Origin: Carcharhinus amblyrhynchos | Lineage: Eukaryota | Assembly (NCBI GenBank): GCA_965287045.1 | Contig: OZ336886.1 | Span: 24,118,001 to 24,182,000, forward strand | Direction: 5' to 3' | DNA: 64,000 nt | Shown here: positions 50,146-61,960 of the stretch, piece by piece | Position numbering within the stretch: the first letter of the stretch is position 1 | Layout of the letters: each line of letters starts with the position of its first letter | Translations under genes and position numbers: made by a program | The notes under the pieces: model-generated | Seen by the model: only the letters and a program-made list of their open reading frames with translations | Database searches by the model: none | Told to the model about the DNA's origin: nothing

Positions 50146-52039
50146 GAGGTGATGCGATTTCCCACAATGGGTGTAAACTCAAACCAATGATGTTGTGCCA
50201 ACATGAACTAACCATTAGGTTGCACATTTTCAATGATAGGGGGCTGAAGACATTGGTCTGACTCTGTAGGAGAATGATGACGACTTGCAGTGAGGACAAA
50301 GCTTCTGTCATCCTCAGCGATATGTCTGACTCCTGCCTAATAGGGAGCTGCATGTTCCATGCCAATAAATGGAATAATAGTCTCAGGCACTGCAGATGCC
50401 TCTAGATATTTGGCTTTCGCCTTCATCTTACACCTGAAGTGGGCAGGCAACCTGCACCTCAACAGCCTCTTGGCTCAGGTTAAGAGATGCTCTTGTCCTG
50501 ATGAAAGGGTGGCAATCTTCCACGAACAGGGTCTTGGGAAGGTGGGGAGGTTGGGGGTGGGGGCTGGTATTGTCTGAAGCAGGGCTGCTTTCTACACTGT
50601 CCTTGGTGTGGGAGAGACATAGCACAGCCATTCTCACACTCTACAGGAATGAAGAGCTGGGTGTGTGCGTGGGGCTGCCGAGCTTGGCAGCAAGAAATGA
50701 CTGGGTGGAGGCTTTGTGAGTGATTTATTATTTGTAACTATATCAAGTGGTGACTGTATTGTTTGAAGCTACGAGATTATATAGGTAATCTTTCTTTCAT
50801 CAGAGTTTTTTAGTTTTGTGTAATGATTCTGTTCAAAAGTTATTTTTAGGCTGTAATAGGAGACAAACATGGCCATTTCAAAGGGCATAGAAAATTCTTG
50901 CTTGCAGTTTTGAATGGTTGATTTTGCTTGCTCCATGTTCATTGGTTTCTCTGCAATGAACACTTTTGTCTTTTGTGCGTATTCCAGATCCAAACTTTTA
51001 ATTACATAGATTTGATTCTGATTCTAATACATTGCATTTGATATCATGGGATTGGCAGGTTAATGACTGGATTTTGATTTTAATTGATTCTTCAGCACAT
51101 ATGTATTAAGAGTATCAATTATATATATCTCAATCAGGGTAACATCAGAGAAACTCAAGAAGGCATGTCACTAAAAGTGATCATTCACTTATCATGTAAA
51201 CCCGTGTTGAGGAGGCTGACTAATCGGCATTTATTTTTTGATATTGCTGAGCCCACAATGTTGAACGACTGGGTTTCTGCCTTGAACGCAGATGAAATTT
51301 TGATACAGTAATTCAGCCATAGAACTCCGTAGACTTTGTGATACAAACAACCACGTTAAGGCCTTTGAGTGCAAAGTTTTAAAAAATTCACAAATTCAAC
51401 ATCAATTTTTAAAATGTTTTAAATCCAAAGAAGTAAAATTTAATTTGGCATGGCATCAAATCCATTTGTACAGTCCTTTTTAATTAAAAATGCAGCCCTT
51501 GCTATCAAAATTTAGAGGAGAGCCTTCATCTTCCATTCCTCTGAGAACCTGAGTCGAAAAAATTATGATAATATCATATCGCCTAACAGCCTTTTCCAGC
51601 AGAGCCCATTTTCATGGGAAACATGGTAACTAGCCAATCAAGGTACATTTTAAATAGTCAATAACCATAGACTGGAAATGACTGTGTGCTGTTTGAGAGT
51701 TCCTTGGTAGGTTACGAAAGGTTTTGGGGAGAATTGACTCCAGCTGGTTTATATCCAATTTTGTTGTTTTCATTTTGTGGACTAAAATGTTGGCTTTGAC
51801 GCCTGCGTGATGGGCTAACCAATGATGAGGGAACAGCAGTAATCCTCCAAATCAGCTGTGAGCTGCAATTAGAAAGCAGTTAAGCACCTGAAATAGCAAC
51901 GAGAAGGCAAAGACATCTGTTTAATCGCTGCAGAAGTGTGCAGCATTAAGCGAGGTGAAACAATTTGTTAGGTCAGAAACTGCAAAGCTTTCTACAAGGA
52001 CTTGGGAAGAACAAAAGCTCAATTATTTAGACATTATAC

Positions 52040-52316
52040 CTCCCACCACCACCCCCCCACCCCCACTCTTGCTTGCACCATTAGCCTTTTTGTAATTTTA
52101 ATTTCTCCTTCCTTCCATACTATAGCAGACCTTTCTTTCTGTCGTCCTCTTGGTCTCCACCAAGATACACCTTGCATATATACTTGCTTAAAACCTGTTA
52201 CATCTCTAAACTTTTCCTGTTCTGATGAAAGATCATCATCCTGAAGACTTAATTCCATTTCTCTCCACAGATGCTACCAAACCTGCTGAATATTTCCAGT
52301 AGTTTCTCATTTTTTC
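52040..52316 (+). mobile_element. Penelope-like 3' end / pLTR, longer copy
   Basis: Pyrimidine-rich leader, cttgcttaaaacctgttacatct, TTCTGATGAAAG core, ctctccacagatgct. Confidence 0.8.
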
Positions 52317-52499
52317 ATAGCACAACAGGAGATTCTGATGTCTGCCATTCAAGCACATGACATATTAGATATGGAAATAGCTCAAGTATGCAACACCAGT
52401 TACTGCAGTCTTAACTATGAGATAGATGCAAGACGCTGCCCAGGGAGGTCACAAACCATCAGAATCCCAACAGGCTTCCAGTGAAACCCAATATCCAGT

Positions 52500-52706
52500 C
52501 CAAAATGTAAGATATCTTTTAAGAGACTTTTGTATAAGTACATGGGACTTAGTAAGATAGAAGTTTATAGGCAAGCCTAGTAGGTGGGGACAGGTTCGGA
52601 GCAACTTGTGGGCCCAAGAGCCTGTTTGTGCTGTAGTTCTTCTATGTTCTATGTAGGAGAAGTAGGCCATTTGGCCTATCAAGTCTGCTCCATCTTTCAA
52701 TAAGAT
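52500..52706. mobile_element. Two CR1 3' ends, tail to tail
   Basis: Plus copy ends TTCTATGTTCTATG (~52652); minus copy begins aggagaagtaggccatttggcc. Confidence 0.7.
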
Positions 52707-53531
52707 CCGATATGTGCCAACACAAGCTGTTATGTTTCACAAGACATGTAATAGAAAAGTAATGCATTTTATTTCACTTGAGCATGTTGTTGGATCTTTC
52801 TATACCATTGATTACAGAGGAAGGTCAGGATAAGATGACAGTAAGCCGTGTTTGGAAAACTGAACATAAGTAGGTGGCACAGGTCATATTTAGCAGATGC
52901 TATTTGCTGTTATGGGAAATAGTGTAACTATTTGAAAGAATCCTGTAAACTAATGTTCCTTGCTTCATTGCTGGCATCCCTGCTATTCTTGTGTTGACAA
53001 TTTAACTTTCTTCTTCTGCATCACCATTTTGACTATTGAAACCCACGCTGAGATATCTTATCCAGGAGAAGTTCTCAGCACATTCAAGATTACAATTACT
53101 TTATAAATCTGATGACTTGTGCTGTAAGACTCCAAATCAGCCTCAATTTATGGGGTTTTTGGACAATACCCATGGTAAGCTTGACACTTCTTTGTAGCAT
53201 AAGCTTCAATAAAGTATCCATTTGCTTTGTTCCATGGTACATGGTAAGAGTATCTTGATCTTTTTGATCTTTTTGAGAAATGAGGTGGTAGAAATGTCAA
53301 ACTGAAGATAGAATAAGAGCTTTTGAGCTTCCTGGCAGTGTGTTGGTGTTCACATACATGCTTGGGGCAGGGACCATTGTTATATATTTAAAGAGTTTCA
53401 TGACTGCTTTTAGAACCAATCACATGATTTGATGGTGTTGTCATTAGGATGTTGCACTGGCTGGCTGTTTTAGTTTCAGTTTCTGTTCTGGGCAAATAAT
53501 CTGTTGTTAATTTGAATTTACGTGTGCAATC

Positions 53532-54515
53532 TGTGCAATCTTACCAAAATATGGCAGTGTTATTTCCCACAAGGAAATCAGCATGTTTCTTTCCAGAGAA
53601 ACACATTGATTTTCCCTCCAGATCCAATGATACTCTGCCAATAAAAATTAATGGTCAAACTGTCATGCAGGGGTAGGGCCTCCACATGCCGGCAAAACCT
53701 GGCTGCACAGAGATCAGGGCACCCTCTTGTCCCAATCATAACAAGAATAAATCTCCCCCCACCTTGCCCACCATCTAAGGGACTCCCCTCCCCACCCCAA
53801 TTGGAGTCAGCATTCTCTCCCCCCTTCACCCAATCATCAGCCTCTTCCCCTCCACAGTTGAAGTCAGCACCCACCCACTCCCACCTAGTCTTCCTCCTGT
53901 CCCCCTCCAATGGTCATTGTGGACATCCCCTGCACCTGCATCTACTCCTGGCCCACAAACAAATCTGAATGAATCCCCCCCGACTCCTCCATGAGGCTCC
54001 CACAGGGGCTTGCCCCTTGGCACAGGTTGGTACTGCCAAATTGGCACTGCCAAGTTGGCAATTCCACATTGGTGTAGGCATGGTGCCAAACTGGAAGTGT
54101 CAATCTGTGTCAAGGGGCAATGCCAAGGGACAAAGACAAGGGGCATTGCCAGGCCAATGTCTGGCCATATCCCTCTCCCTGGGAGCTATATACACCTTCA
54201 CACCCCCAGGGAGACCCCAATAACAGGTTCACACCTCGGTGAACCGAATGTAAATGGTGCTGGTGTGATGTCACATTGGCACCCGCTCTATATTTGGTGT
54301 GGGCGGGGAGGGGAACGTGGGGGGAAGTCCCGGAGATAGTGCTCACTAATGAAATGCTATTGTATTAAGATGAGCTTTCTGCAGTCCCTCATGTGTTTCA
54401 CACCACTCCACTGGCGAGAGCCTGCAAGAACGGAGCTCGGAAAGCCACCAGCATGAATTGTACTTTCTGGATTTTGAATACGTTCCACCATTTCCACAGA
54501 GGAGAATGCGGGCTC
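53532..54515. mobile_element. Long Harbinger-like non-autonomous element
   Basis: TGCAATCTTACC start, C-rich block, TGCCAAATTGGCACTGCCAAGTTGGCA palindromes, GGAGAATGCGGGC end. Confidence 0.6.
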
Positions 54516-55539
54516 AAAATTGTCTTTTCCTTTTTGTGTAAAACCCACAGCCCCTAGCAGCATTCGGACATTACAGTCATTGCCTGGAAAATTATTGTAA
54601 TTTTCAAACGTGTTGGCAGTAGTCGAAGTTCCCTTCCAGCAGTGCTCAGGTCACCAAACATATTCCATATTCAGATAAAAATGCAGATCTAAAAACTATT
54701 GTGGCTTAGTAAGGGGCCATGTAAGCTTTGGGAAAGGCAGCAGTAGTGTGGAATTGTATCAGCCGTTGAGCTGCATTTGGTGGTCAGTGACAAAATATAT
54801 GAAGAAATCTGCCGAATTTAATAATACCTGAAAATCTATTGTCATATCACTGGACAATGAACCAGTGCTAAAAAAAAACCAGCTGAGGGTCACATCGATT
54901 TGAGCTGTGACCCTGTACAGCATCAGCGCTGTATAGATGTCACTTGTTGAGTGGAGATCTTGGTGAAAACACAGCTATGGCAATGCCTATTTTCTGAATT
55001 CAGGCTCCTTAGGAACATTTCTGTTCTCATTAACAAATAGCTGTGTTTGGCACGGGAAACGTGCTGTGTAGCAGATTGGCAGGATTTATATTCGAAAGTG
55101 TGCCAATTGGCATCGTGGACAGCCATTTCCTCTTGCTGGTCCTCCTCTGCCAAAATAATCCAAAGCAAGCGGAAAATTGAATGCTGTTACTGCAGGGCAA
55201 AAATCCTTGAAAGTGGGAAAGAGCATCTAACCTGCTCTCCTGTAAATGATCACTCCAGCTAATTCCTCACTGCAGTTTCTCCCGTGTCTGATGTGAGTAA
55301 CACATTACCACAGCAAAGTGAGCTATTTCTCTCTTAAATACACAATACGGCCACTTCATTCTTGTAGCATGTGAGTATATTTGTGTTACGTCAACATTAT
55401 CCTTCTTCAGCAACAGTTCTCAGTGTATCAACACTCTGCTGCTATAAGCTGACAAATTCAAGGCTGATGAGAACGTTTTGAAGATGCTCTCGCATTAAAA
55501 GCTTGTGCTGGATGTTCGTATACAAGATGACACAAGCAG

Positions 55540-56400
55540 AGGGGAACAGCAGAAAGATACAGCTTGAAGGAGCTCAACAGCACATGAAACCTATCAACAG
55601 ACAGTCTCCAATGCGTCTGAACCCCAATCATAGAATCATAGGATTCCTGTAGTGCAGACAAGGCCATTCGGACCATAGAGTCTGTACTGACACTCTGGCA
55701 GAGTACCAGGCCCTCTCCTTGCCATATCCCTGTAATACCAAACATTTACCATGGCTAATCCATTTAATCTACACATCTCGATTCAGTAAGGGGCACTTTA
55801 GCATAACTAATCCACCTAACCCACATATTTTGGACTGTGGGAGGAAATCGAGCACCCAAAGGAAAATCACACAACATGAGGAGAACATGCAAACTCCACA
55901 CAGTCACCCTTGGCCGGAATTGAACTCGTGTCCCTGGAGCTGTGAGGCAGCAGCGATAATCCCTGTGCCAACGTGCCACCCCAGGAATGTTACAGGAGAC
56001 TCAGGGAATCTGTCAGGTGGTGCCAGACATTTTAAAACTGCTGGAGCAAGACTTGAATCTGAGCTTGGTGGCAATGTTTTACCAGCGGCTGTGAAAGTTG
56101 TCACTGCCCTCAGTGTTTCTGCCTCTGGATCCTTCCAGGGCTCCAGTGGAGAAACATTTGCAGCGTCTCACAATCCACGGGATAGAAGTGAGTAAACCAG
56201 ATGATTGATGCTGGTTTACCAGGACTGCCAATCATGTCAACTGTGCCTGTGATAATGTCAGTCAGAATGAGTGGTGATAGGATTCGTGGCTCTGCCTGCT
56301 TCCTACAAAGCACTGGGTGTCAACAGTTGCACACATGACAACTAATATGCCATAGATCACCCAGGAATGTTCATCAGCTACAAGGGCTTACATTCCATCT
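55540..56400 (+). pseudogene. Second Harbinger transposase relic, interrupted by HE1
   Basis: ECYRRLR, GGNVLPAAVKVVTALSVSASGSFQGSSG, SCTH, PGMFISYKGLHSI. Confidence 0.85.
55627..55981 (-). mobile_element. HE1 V-SINE
   Basis: AATCATAGAATCATAGG tail, V-domain, head; flanks CCCCA/CCCCA. Confidence 0.92.
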
Positions 56401-56402
56401 TA

Positions 56403-56471
56403 GCAGGACTCACAGCATCTGTGGAAAGAGAACTGAGCTAACCTTTTTAGTCTGGATGACTCTTTGTCAGA
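56403..56471 (-). mobile_element. Penelope-like pLTR fragment
   Basis: Reverse strand reads TCTGACAAAGAGTCATCCAGACT...cacagatgctg. Confidence 0.7.
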
Positions 56472-56875
56472 CCGGGAGTAAATTCCTACTCCTCCCTTTC
56501 CTGGCGCTTCCATTTGGTGCAATTTCTGTGGCTTCAGCAGAGTTGAAGACTGACAGTTCATATTCCTCCTCTTACTATTAATTTGATCTTGGCTGATGTC
56601 CTTTAGGTTTTGGAGCTCATGAGGACTCTTCCAAAGATAGCTCTCTATACCTGCAGATTTAGCCAGTGGGACAGGAAACAGCAGGTTAAGGTGATGATCT
56701 GAATGAAGTTTCGCTGTTATCCTTCTGATAGCCAGTTACAATTCTGAGCTCCTGTTGTACTGGTGAGAACAGTGCTAAGGTGAAAGCCTGAGGTTAAGCA
56801 CTGTTCGTTCATTATATTTAAGGAGGGAACCACAGTGTGTAAACCCTTGTGGAAAACCTGCATATGTGTTTCTGA

Positions 56876-57129
56876 TTGCTGCATTATCTAATATGGGCAG
56901 CATGATGATACAGTAGTCAGCACTGTTGCTATATTATTTTATGTGGGCGGCACGATTTTCAGTGGTCAGCACTGTTGCTGCATTATATTATGTGGGCAGC
57001 GTGATGGTACACTGGTTAGCACTGTTGCTGCATTATAATATGTGGGTGGCACATTGGTACAGTGGCTAGCACTGTTGTTGCATTATATTACATGGGCAGC
57101 ATGATGGTATAGTGGTTAGCACTGTTACT
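56876..57129 (+). repeat. Five ~50-bp tandem units derived from an HE1 5' end
   Basis: Unit TTGCTGCATTATATTATGT-GGGCRGCAYGATGGTACAGTGGTTAGCACTG; period 49-50. Confidence 0.9.
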
Positions 57130-57924
57130 CCATGCAGTTGGCCACTATATGTACAAAAGTAATTTTTGTAGTGCCTATGACAATATCCATTCACGTTCGA
57201 GGGGGACATCTCCAACCTCTCTGCATGCATACGTAATCCAGTTGGAGCACTTGTTAGTAAATTGCTCAAACTCTGCTTTGTTGAACGAAAATCTTTTTAG
57301 TCATTTGGCAGCACAGAACAATTGCCAGAAAAAGAACAAAAAATGTCCTTTCATAACTATCTCTAACTAGCCCCACCGAATTGCAACTATGGTGCATGAT
57401 TCTCTCAGGTCTTGTGGTAGTGCATCTTCAGAGGGTCTGAACACCGCTGTGGAGTTGTTTTTGGCAATCTTGACCATTTCCTGCTGGCCATGTGAAGTTC
57501 TGTGGAAAAATAAAAGATGCAAATAAGCACTGTACTGCCAAGGTAAGAATAATTGAAGTCATTTGCTGTCAAAATCAGGTCAACATGGCTGAGTGTTGTG
57601 TGGCATGTGGCAGTCACCAGGAGGCTAGGAAATCATCTTCAAAGCTCCAACGGTCAGATCAGGGCCACATCTACATCTCCCTGATGTAAGGAAGTAAGTA
57701 AGAGATTGAAAATAATGGAATGTATTCATTCAGTGGATGAGTATATAGTTGTATGAGGATAAGGGTGAGTGTCAGCAATGGATAGACAGCTGGGGATGTG
57801 AGGAAGAATTTATTCAGAAACAGAGATAGATGCACCAAAAAGGGAAGTTGCTCTGAGGAGTGATGCATTAGAGAAAGCAGTGAGGGGGTGGGGGTAACAT
57901 TCATGTAGATGAATGTAACATTGC

Positions 57925-58130
57925 TTTTGCCTTTCCTCCCCTGTACTGGATACAGGGGCATGGTACCATGTTCCTGCTGCTGACCTCTTGGTCCCACATT
58001 CAACCTTGTCTTCCCCATTTGGCTTCTACCTCCCATTGCTAAGGAACAATATCTCTGCTGGGATCTGCATCCCAGCAGCACATATCCAGGGAGGAATTAG
58101 CAAAGCTAAACCCAGCCTTTGACTGTCAAC
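57925..58130 (-). pseudogene. Harbinger Myb/SANT-like ORF relic
   Basis: Across frameshifts: FANSSLDM, AEILFLSNGR, EVSSRNMVPCPCIQYR, resembling FSDASLEVL..EVLFPSDGR..EVSSRGVVRRTWIQCRK. Confidence 0.65.
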
Positions 58131-58444
58131 CTTTCTTGGCAATGCTTCGTCTTTCTCTCTCCTTTCCAAATCAAACTTCTTCTGCTTGCTTGTTTGGAGT
58201 GTTCCTTTAAATTCTGGAGATTGTGACATGCGTGTTGTCATCACAGCCATTGATGCCAATAGGATGGGAAATCTGGAAATCAGATGTCAATAAAGTGGTT
58301 GCCTTAAAATTTTCCTAGCCCTCACATATTCACTGTTTTCAACATATTTCCCACTTTCCCATGTACTATTGGGCCTCTTGGCTCCCAGAGCATCTGGACA
58401 TTAAAACACAGTTCTTTGTTTTTCAAAGATCATGTACTTAGGTT

Positions 58445-58797
58445 ATCGTAGAATCCCTAGAGTGCAGAAATCATGGAATCATAGAATCCGTGCAATGCGG
58501 AAGGAGGTCATTCAGCCCATCAAGCCTGCATTGACAACAATGCCACCCAGGTCCTATCCCCATGACCCCAAGTATTTGCCCTGCTAATTCCCCCTGACAT
58601 TAAGGGGCAATTTAGCATGACCAATCAACCTAACCCACACGTCTTTGGTGGTGGGAGGAAACTGGAGCATTGGGAGGAAACTCATGCAGACAGGGGGAGA
58701 ACGTGCAAACTCTACATGGACAGTCACCCAGGGCCAGAATAGAACCCGGGTCCCTGGTGCTGTGAGGCAACAGCTCTAACCACTGTGCCACCATGTC
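58445..58797 (-). mobile_element. HE1 V-SINE
   Basis: Full head, V-domain and tail. Confidence 0.93.
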
Positions 58798-59289
58798 ATT
58801 CATTTGTTATGTAACAAAGAAATAGTAAAATCACAATAAATGCATGCAATAGTAAAGATGGCATCAGTTTAGGTTGTAATCATATGTGTACTTTGGGCAC
58901 CAAAGTGCAGGTGATTCAGCAAATTGAGCAATGTAATTTTATTTCAGAGAAAAATAACAAGTATTTTTTTCAATGTGAATCTGCTCACCAGGTACTATGT
59001 CAATGTAATCATAATAAGTTCACTCTGCATGGATAAACGGAGCACTGTTCTACTGCTCCGGCTTCCAATCTAAATATCAGTTAAAGGAATTTGGTTTAGA
59101 AGTGACTTGTTTTTCGGTGATCAATAAAGATTTGTGAGTAGTCCTAAATTTAACTGATCTTGAAGATAAGGTTGTGGTGATAAATTGGTACTTTTATTGC
59201 CTATTGTTTATTGAAATAGTTCTTCAGCTTTTCAGACACATTACAACCTGATAAGATGACACACTGTGTGGATTCAAGTCCAACACAAA

Positions 59290-59493
59290 TCTGGTCCCTG
59301 AATCTCCGAGTCAGTGGCAATGCAGCATGCGGCAAACATGGTGAATCATTGGCTGCGGGTGGGATCTTCCAGTCCTGCTGAAGTGCATGATGTTTTGCAT
59401 GGCTCAGCCCCCTGCTGCTGGGGGTCACACTGCACGGGTCGGTGGGGATGGGGTCAACTTTGGCAGGACTGGAAGATCCTGACAATCTCACCC
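59290..59493. mobile_element. MITE family A
   Basis: GGATCTTCCAGTCCTGC / GCAGGACTGGAAGATCC internal inverted repeat; ends AATCTCACCC. Confidence 0.8.
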
Positions 59494-59849
59494 TAGGAAA
59501 CGTACTTTCTTCCAATGACAGTTACTAACTCATACATTTAGCAGTCGCCTAGCTAATAGATTGGAGGTCAGAAATACACTGCAATGCTTGTTCTGTCTTT
59601 GGTAATGTTGCCAGCTATTTCCTGTAAAACACCATCTGAACAACTGGATCAAATAGATGTACCACACTGATGCCAATACTGCTTGATGATAGGTCACCAA
59701 TCCATCAATTAAATAATACGATGGTGTTAATGTACATCCACTAACTGGATGTCTGTATGAAACATATAAAGAAGATAGCTGTGTGTGTGACATCACATTA
59801 AATGACAAATATTGTCCCACATCCTGTTGGAAAAATCTATTTTCAAGTG

Positions 59850-60198
59850 AGCAATAGGGGTGAGGTGAGAGTAACTGCCTTTGACATCAAGGCAGCATTT
59901 GGCTGAGTGTATCATCAAGGAGCCGCAGCAAAACTGGAGTCAATAGAAATGAGGGGCAAAATTTTCTGTTAGTTGACTCAATGTGGGCGCAAAGGAAGAT
60001 GCTTGTGGTTGGTACATGTCAGTGTTCTCAGTCTTGAGACATCACTGCAGGAGGTATTCAGAGTTAGCCAGTTTCAGCTGCTTCATCAGTGACTTCCCTC
60101 CATCATAAAGATCAGGCATGGGGATGTTTGCTGATGGCTGCACCATGTTCAGCATCATTCATAACTTCTCAGTTATTGAAGCAATCTGTGCCCATGTT
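59850..60198 (+). mobile_element. CR1-group LINE RT fragment
   Basis: RGEVRVTAFDIKAAF..HQG..KLES..FSCFISD..GMFADGCTMF. Confidence 0.85.
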
Positions 60199-60834
60199 AA
60201 CTGAATTTTAATTTCCACCAACTAAGCATTAGCCCGTGCCTTGGGATTACTGGTCCAGTGATATCACCATGTGCCACCAAGAATGCGGTGAACTATATGT
60301 AGATATATGCTTATATCTTTATTATCTTTCAATTTATGTAACACATCATATAAGTCAACATTTAAATTTAAAACTTTAAAAAAGTACGAACCAATTGGCA
60401 TTATTGGTTAGGTCAGTACTGCTTTCATCCTTCTCTTCAGAATAGGGTTCTGGCAAGGCAATGCTTCCAAATGCCCCTCCATGTTCACCCCATCCTCAGC
60501 CCATTTTCCTGGGTCAAGCTGATCACAAATCTACCGTGAGCATCTGGAAAGATCACTGTCTTCGAGAGTAAACTTAACAGTTATGGGGAAGATTCTTGGT
60601 GGAGTTGCTGGAACCTGACTGCATCAGCTGAAGTTCTGACAAAGGACCTGAAAGGAACAAGTGTCTAAAACTTGGAACACAAACTCCCACTGACTTGACT
60701 GACACTGATCTTCACCAATTCAGTCTTTGGGGTGTGATGGAGGGAAGCCTCTTCACTTTAACAGCCTCAGATCATCACATCTCTCTCATGCCACTGACTG
60801 CTGGTTTTCCATTCATTTACTATACTTTTTGCAG

Positions 60835-61070
60835 AAAATAATCTGATTTTCCCTGTTTGTGAGAGATAAATATTGTCCAGGGAACTCCTCTCTAGGTACA
60901 ATTCCATGGAAGGTTTTATGTCTAATTTAGCAGGAAAACAGGACCTCTGTTTCAGGTTTCATCCAAAAGTGGGCACCTTAGGCTGTACAGCACTGCCATA
61001 GCCTCAATATGCTCATAGAATGTGACTTGAGCCCACAAACCTTTGACTCAAGTTTTACCCACTAACCAAT
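60835..61070 (-). mobile_element. DeuSINE fragment
   Basis: gataaatattgtccagg, gtttcatccaaaag, gacttgagcccacaaacc. Confidence 0.75.
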
Positions 61071-61474
61071 GTAATACCTTGTGTGGCGAAGCAGTCATTC
61101 CATACATGTGGAACTGATTTGACAACGATGCAGAAACAGAACAATGCTTTCATTTTGGATTGTGCCTCTGTTCTCCAAAAGAAAATAAATCAGCTAGCTC
61201 TTCAGAAACATGTCAATGAGCTGCAAATCTGCCGGTAGAGCCCTCTACACAACATCTACACTGCAGCAGAGAATAGATATAACCAAGATGCATAGAACAC
61301 CAAGGTCCTATTGCTCAGCAGGTGCCTAGGATATTAAAGCAACTTTTATGATATAGAATTACACAATTTCTATTTCCTTCCTTTATCCAGAGACCACACA
61401 CATTCTGGTGCTTTAAGGGAATGGACAGTTAGGGGATGATTATCCATTTAGCATAACACCTTATTGTCCACATG

Positions 61475-61960
61475 ATTGAATGTCCTGACCCGACACTATG
61501 TCAGGACCCAATGGTCATTGTTTTTGCTGGATTGGTTAATCAGAGACCACAGCGCATGCTGGCCATCCAATTAAAAACAGCACAGAGCACTGGAGGGCCA
61601 ACAGGAGGCTGTCCGGCATGAAAGAGCTGCAGGCTGCCATTTTGGGTAAAGGAGACAGAGGGTGCCTCCAACTTGAGGTACCCTCTCAGCCCTTTTAAAA
61701 AATATAGAGTTACAAATGGCCACAGCTGCTAAACCACCAGAGGAAACAAAGTGATCCTGCAACATCACCCACCCCAGTTTGCCACATGTTCCTGATACCT
61801 CAGAGGGCTCACAGGCTGACTAGAACTTTAGAGTTAGACTTTGATCAATTGCCTTAATTGGCCTTTTAGTTGACTTAACAAGTTATCAAGTGCTTGTGGG
61901 GCAGATAGCAGTTCCTTGCCTCACCCAGCCTCTGGGAAAATGGCTGTGAGTGGGATCCAT
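61475..61960. mobile_element. Harbinger-like non-autonomous element (family of 21925-22533)
   Basis: Shared CCATCCAATTAA and CCTTAATTGG motifs. Confidence 0.5.

Noticed and set aside
49537-50152. Domesticated HARBI1 gene
   Set aside because: Stop, frameshift and loss of the catalytic core indicate a transposon relic.
56876-57129. CRISPR array or tRNA gene cluster
   Set aside because: Inter-repeat segments are homologous, there is no B-box or cloverleaf, and the unit derives from the HE1 head.
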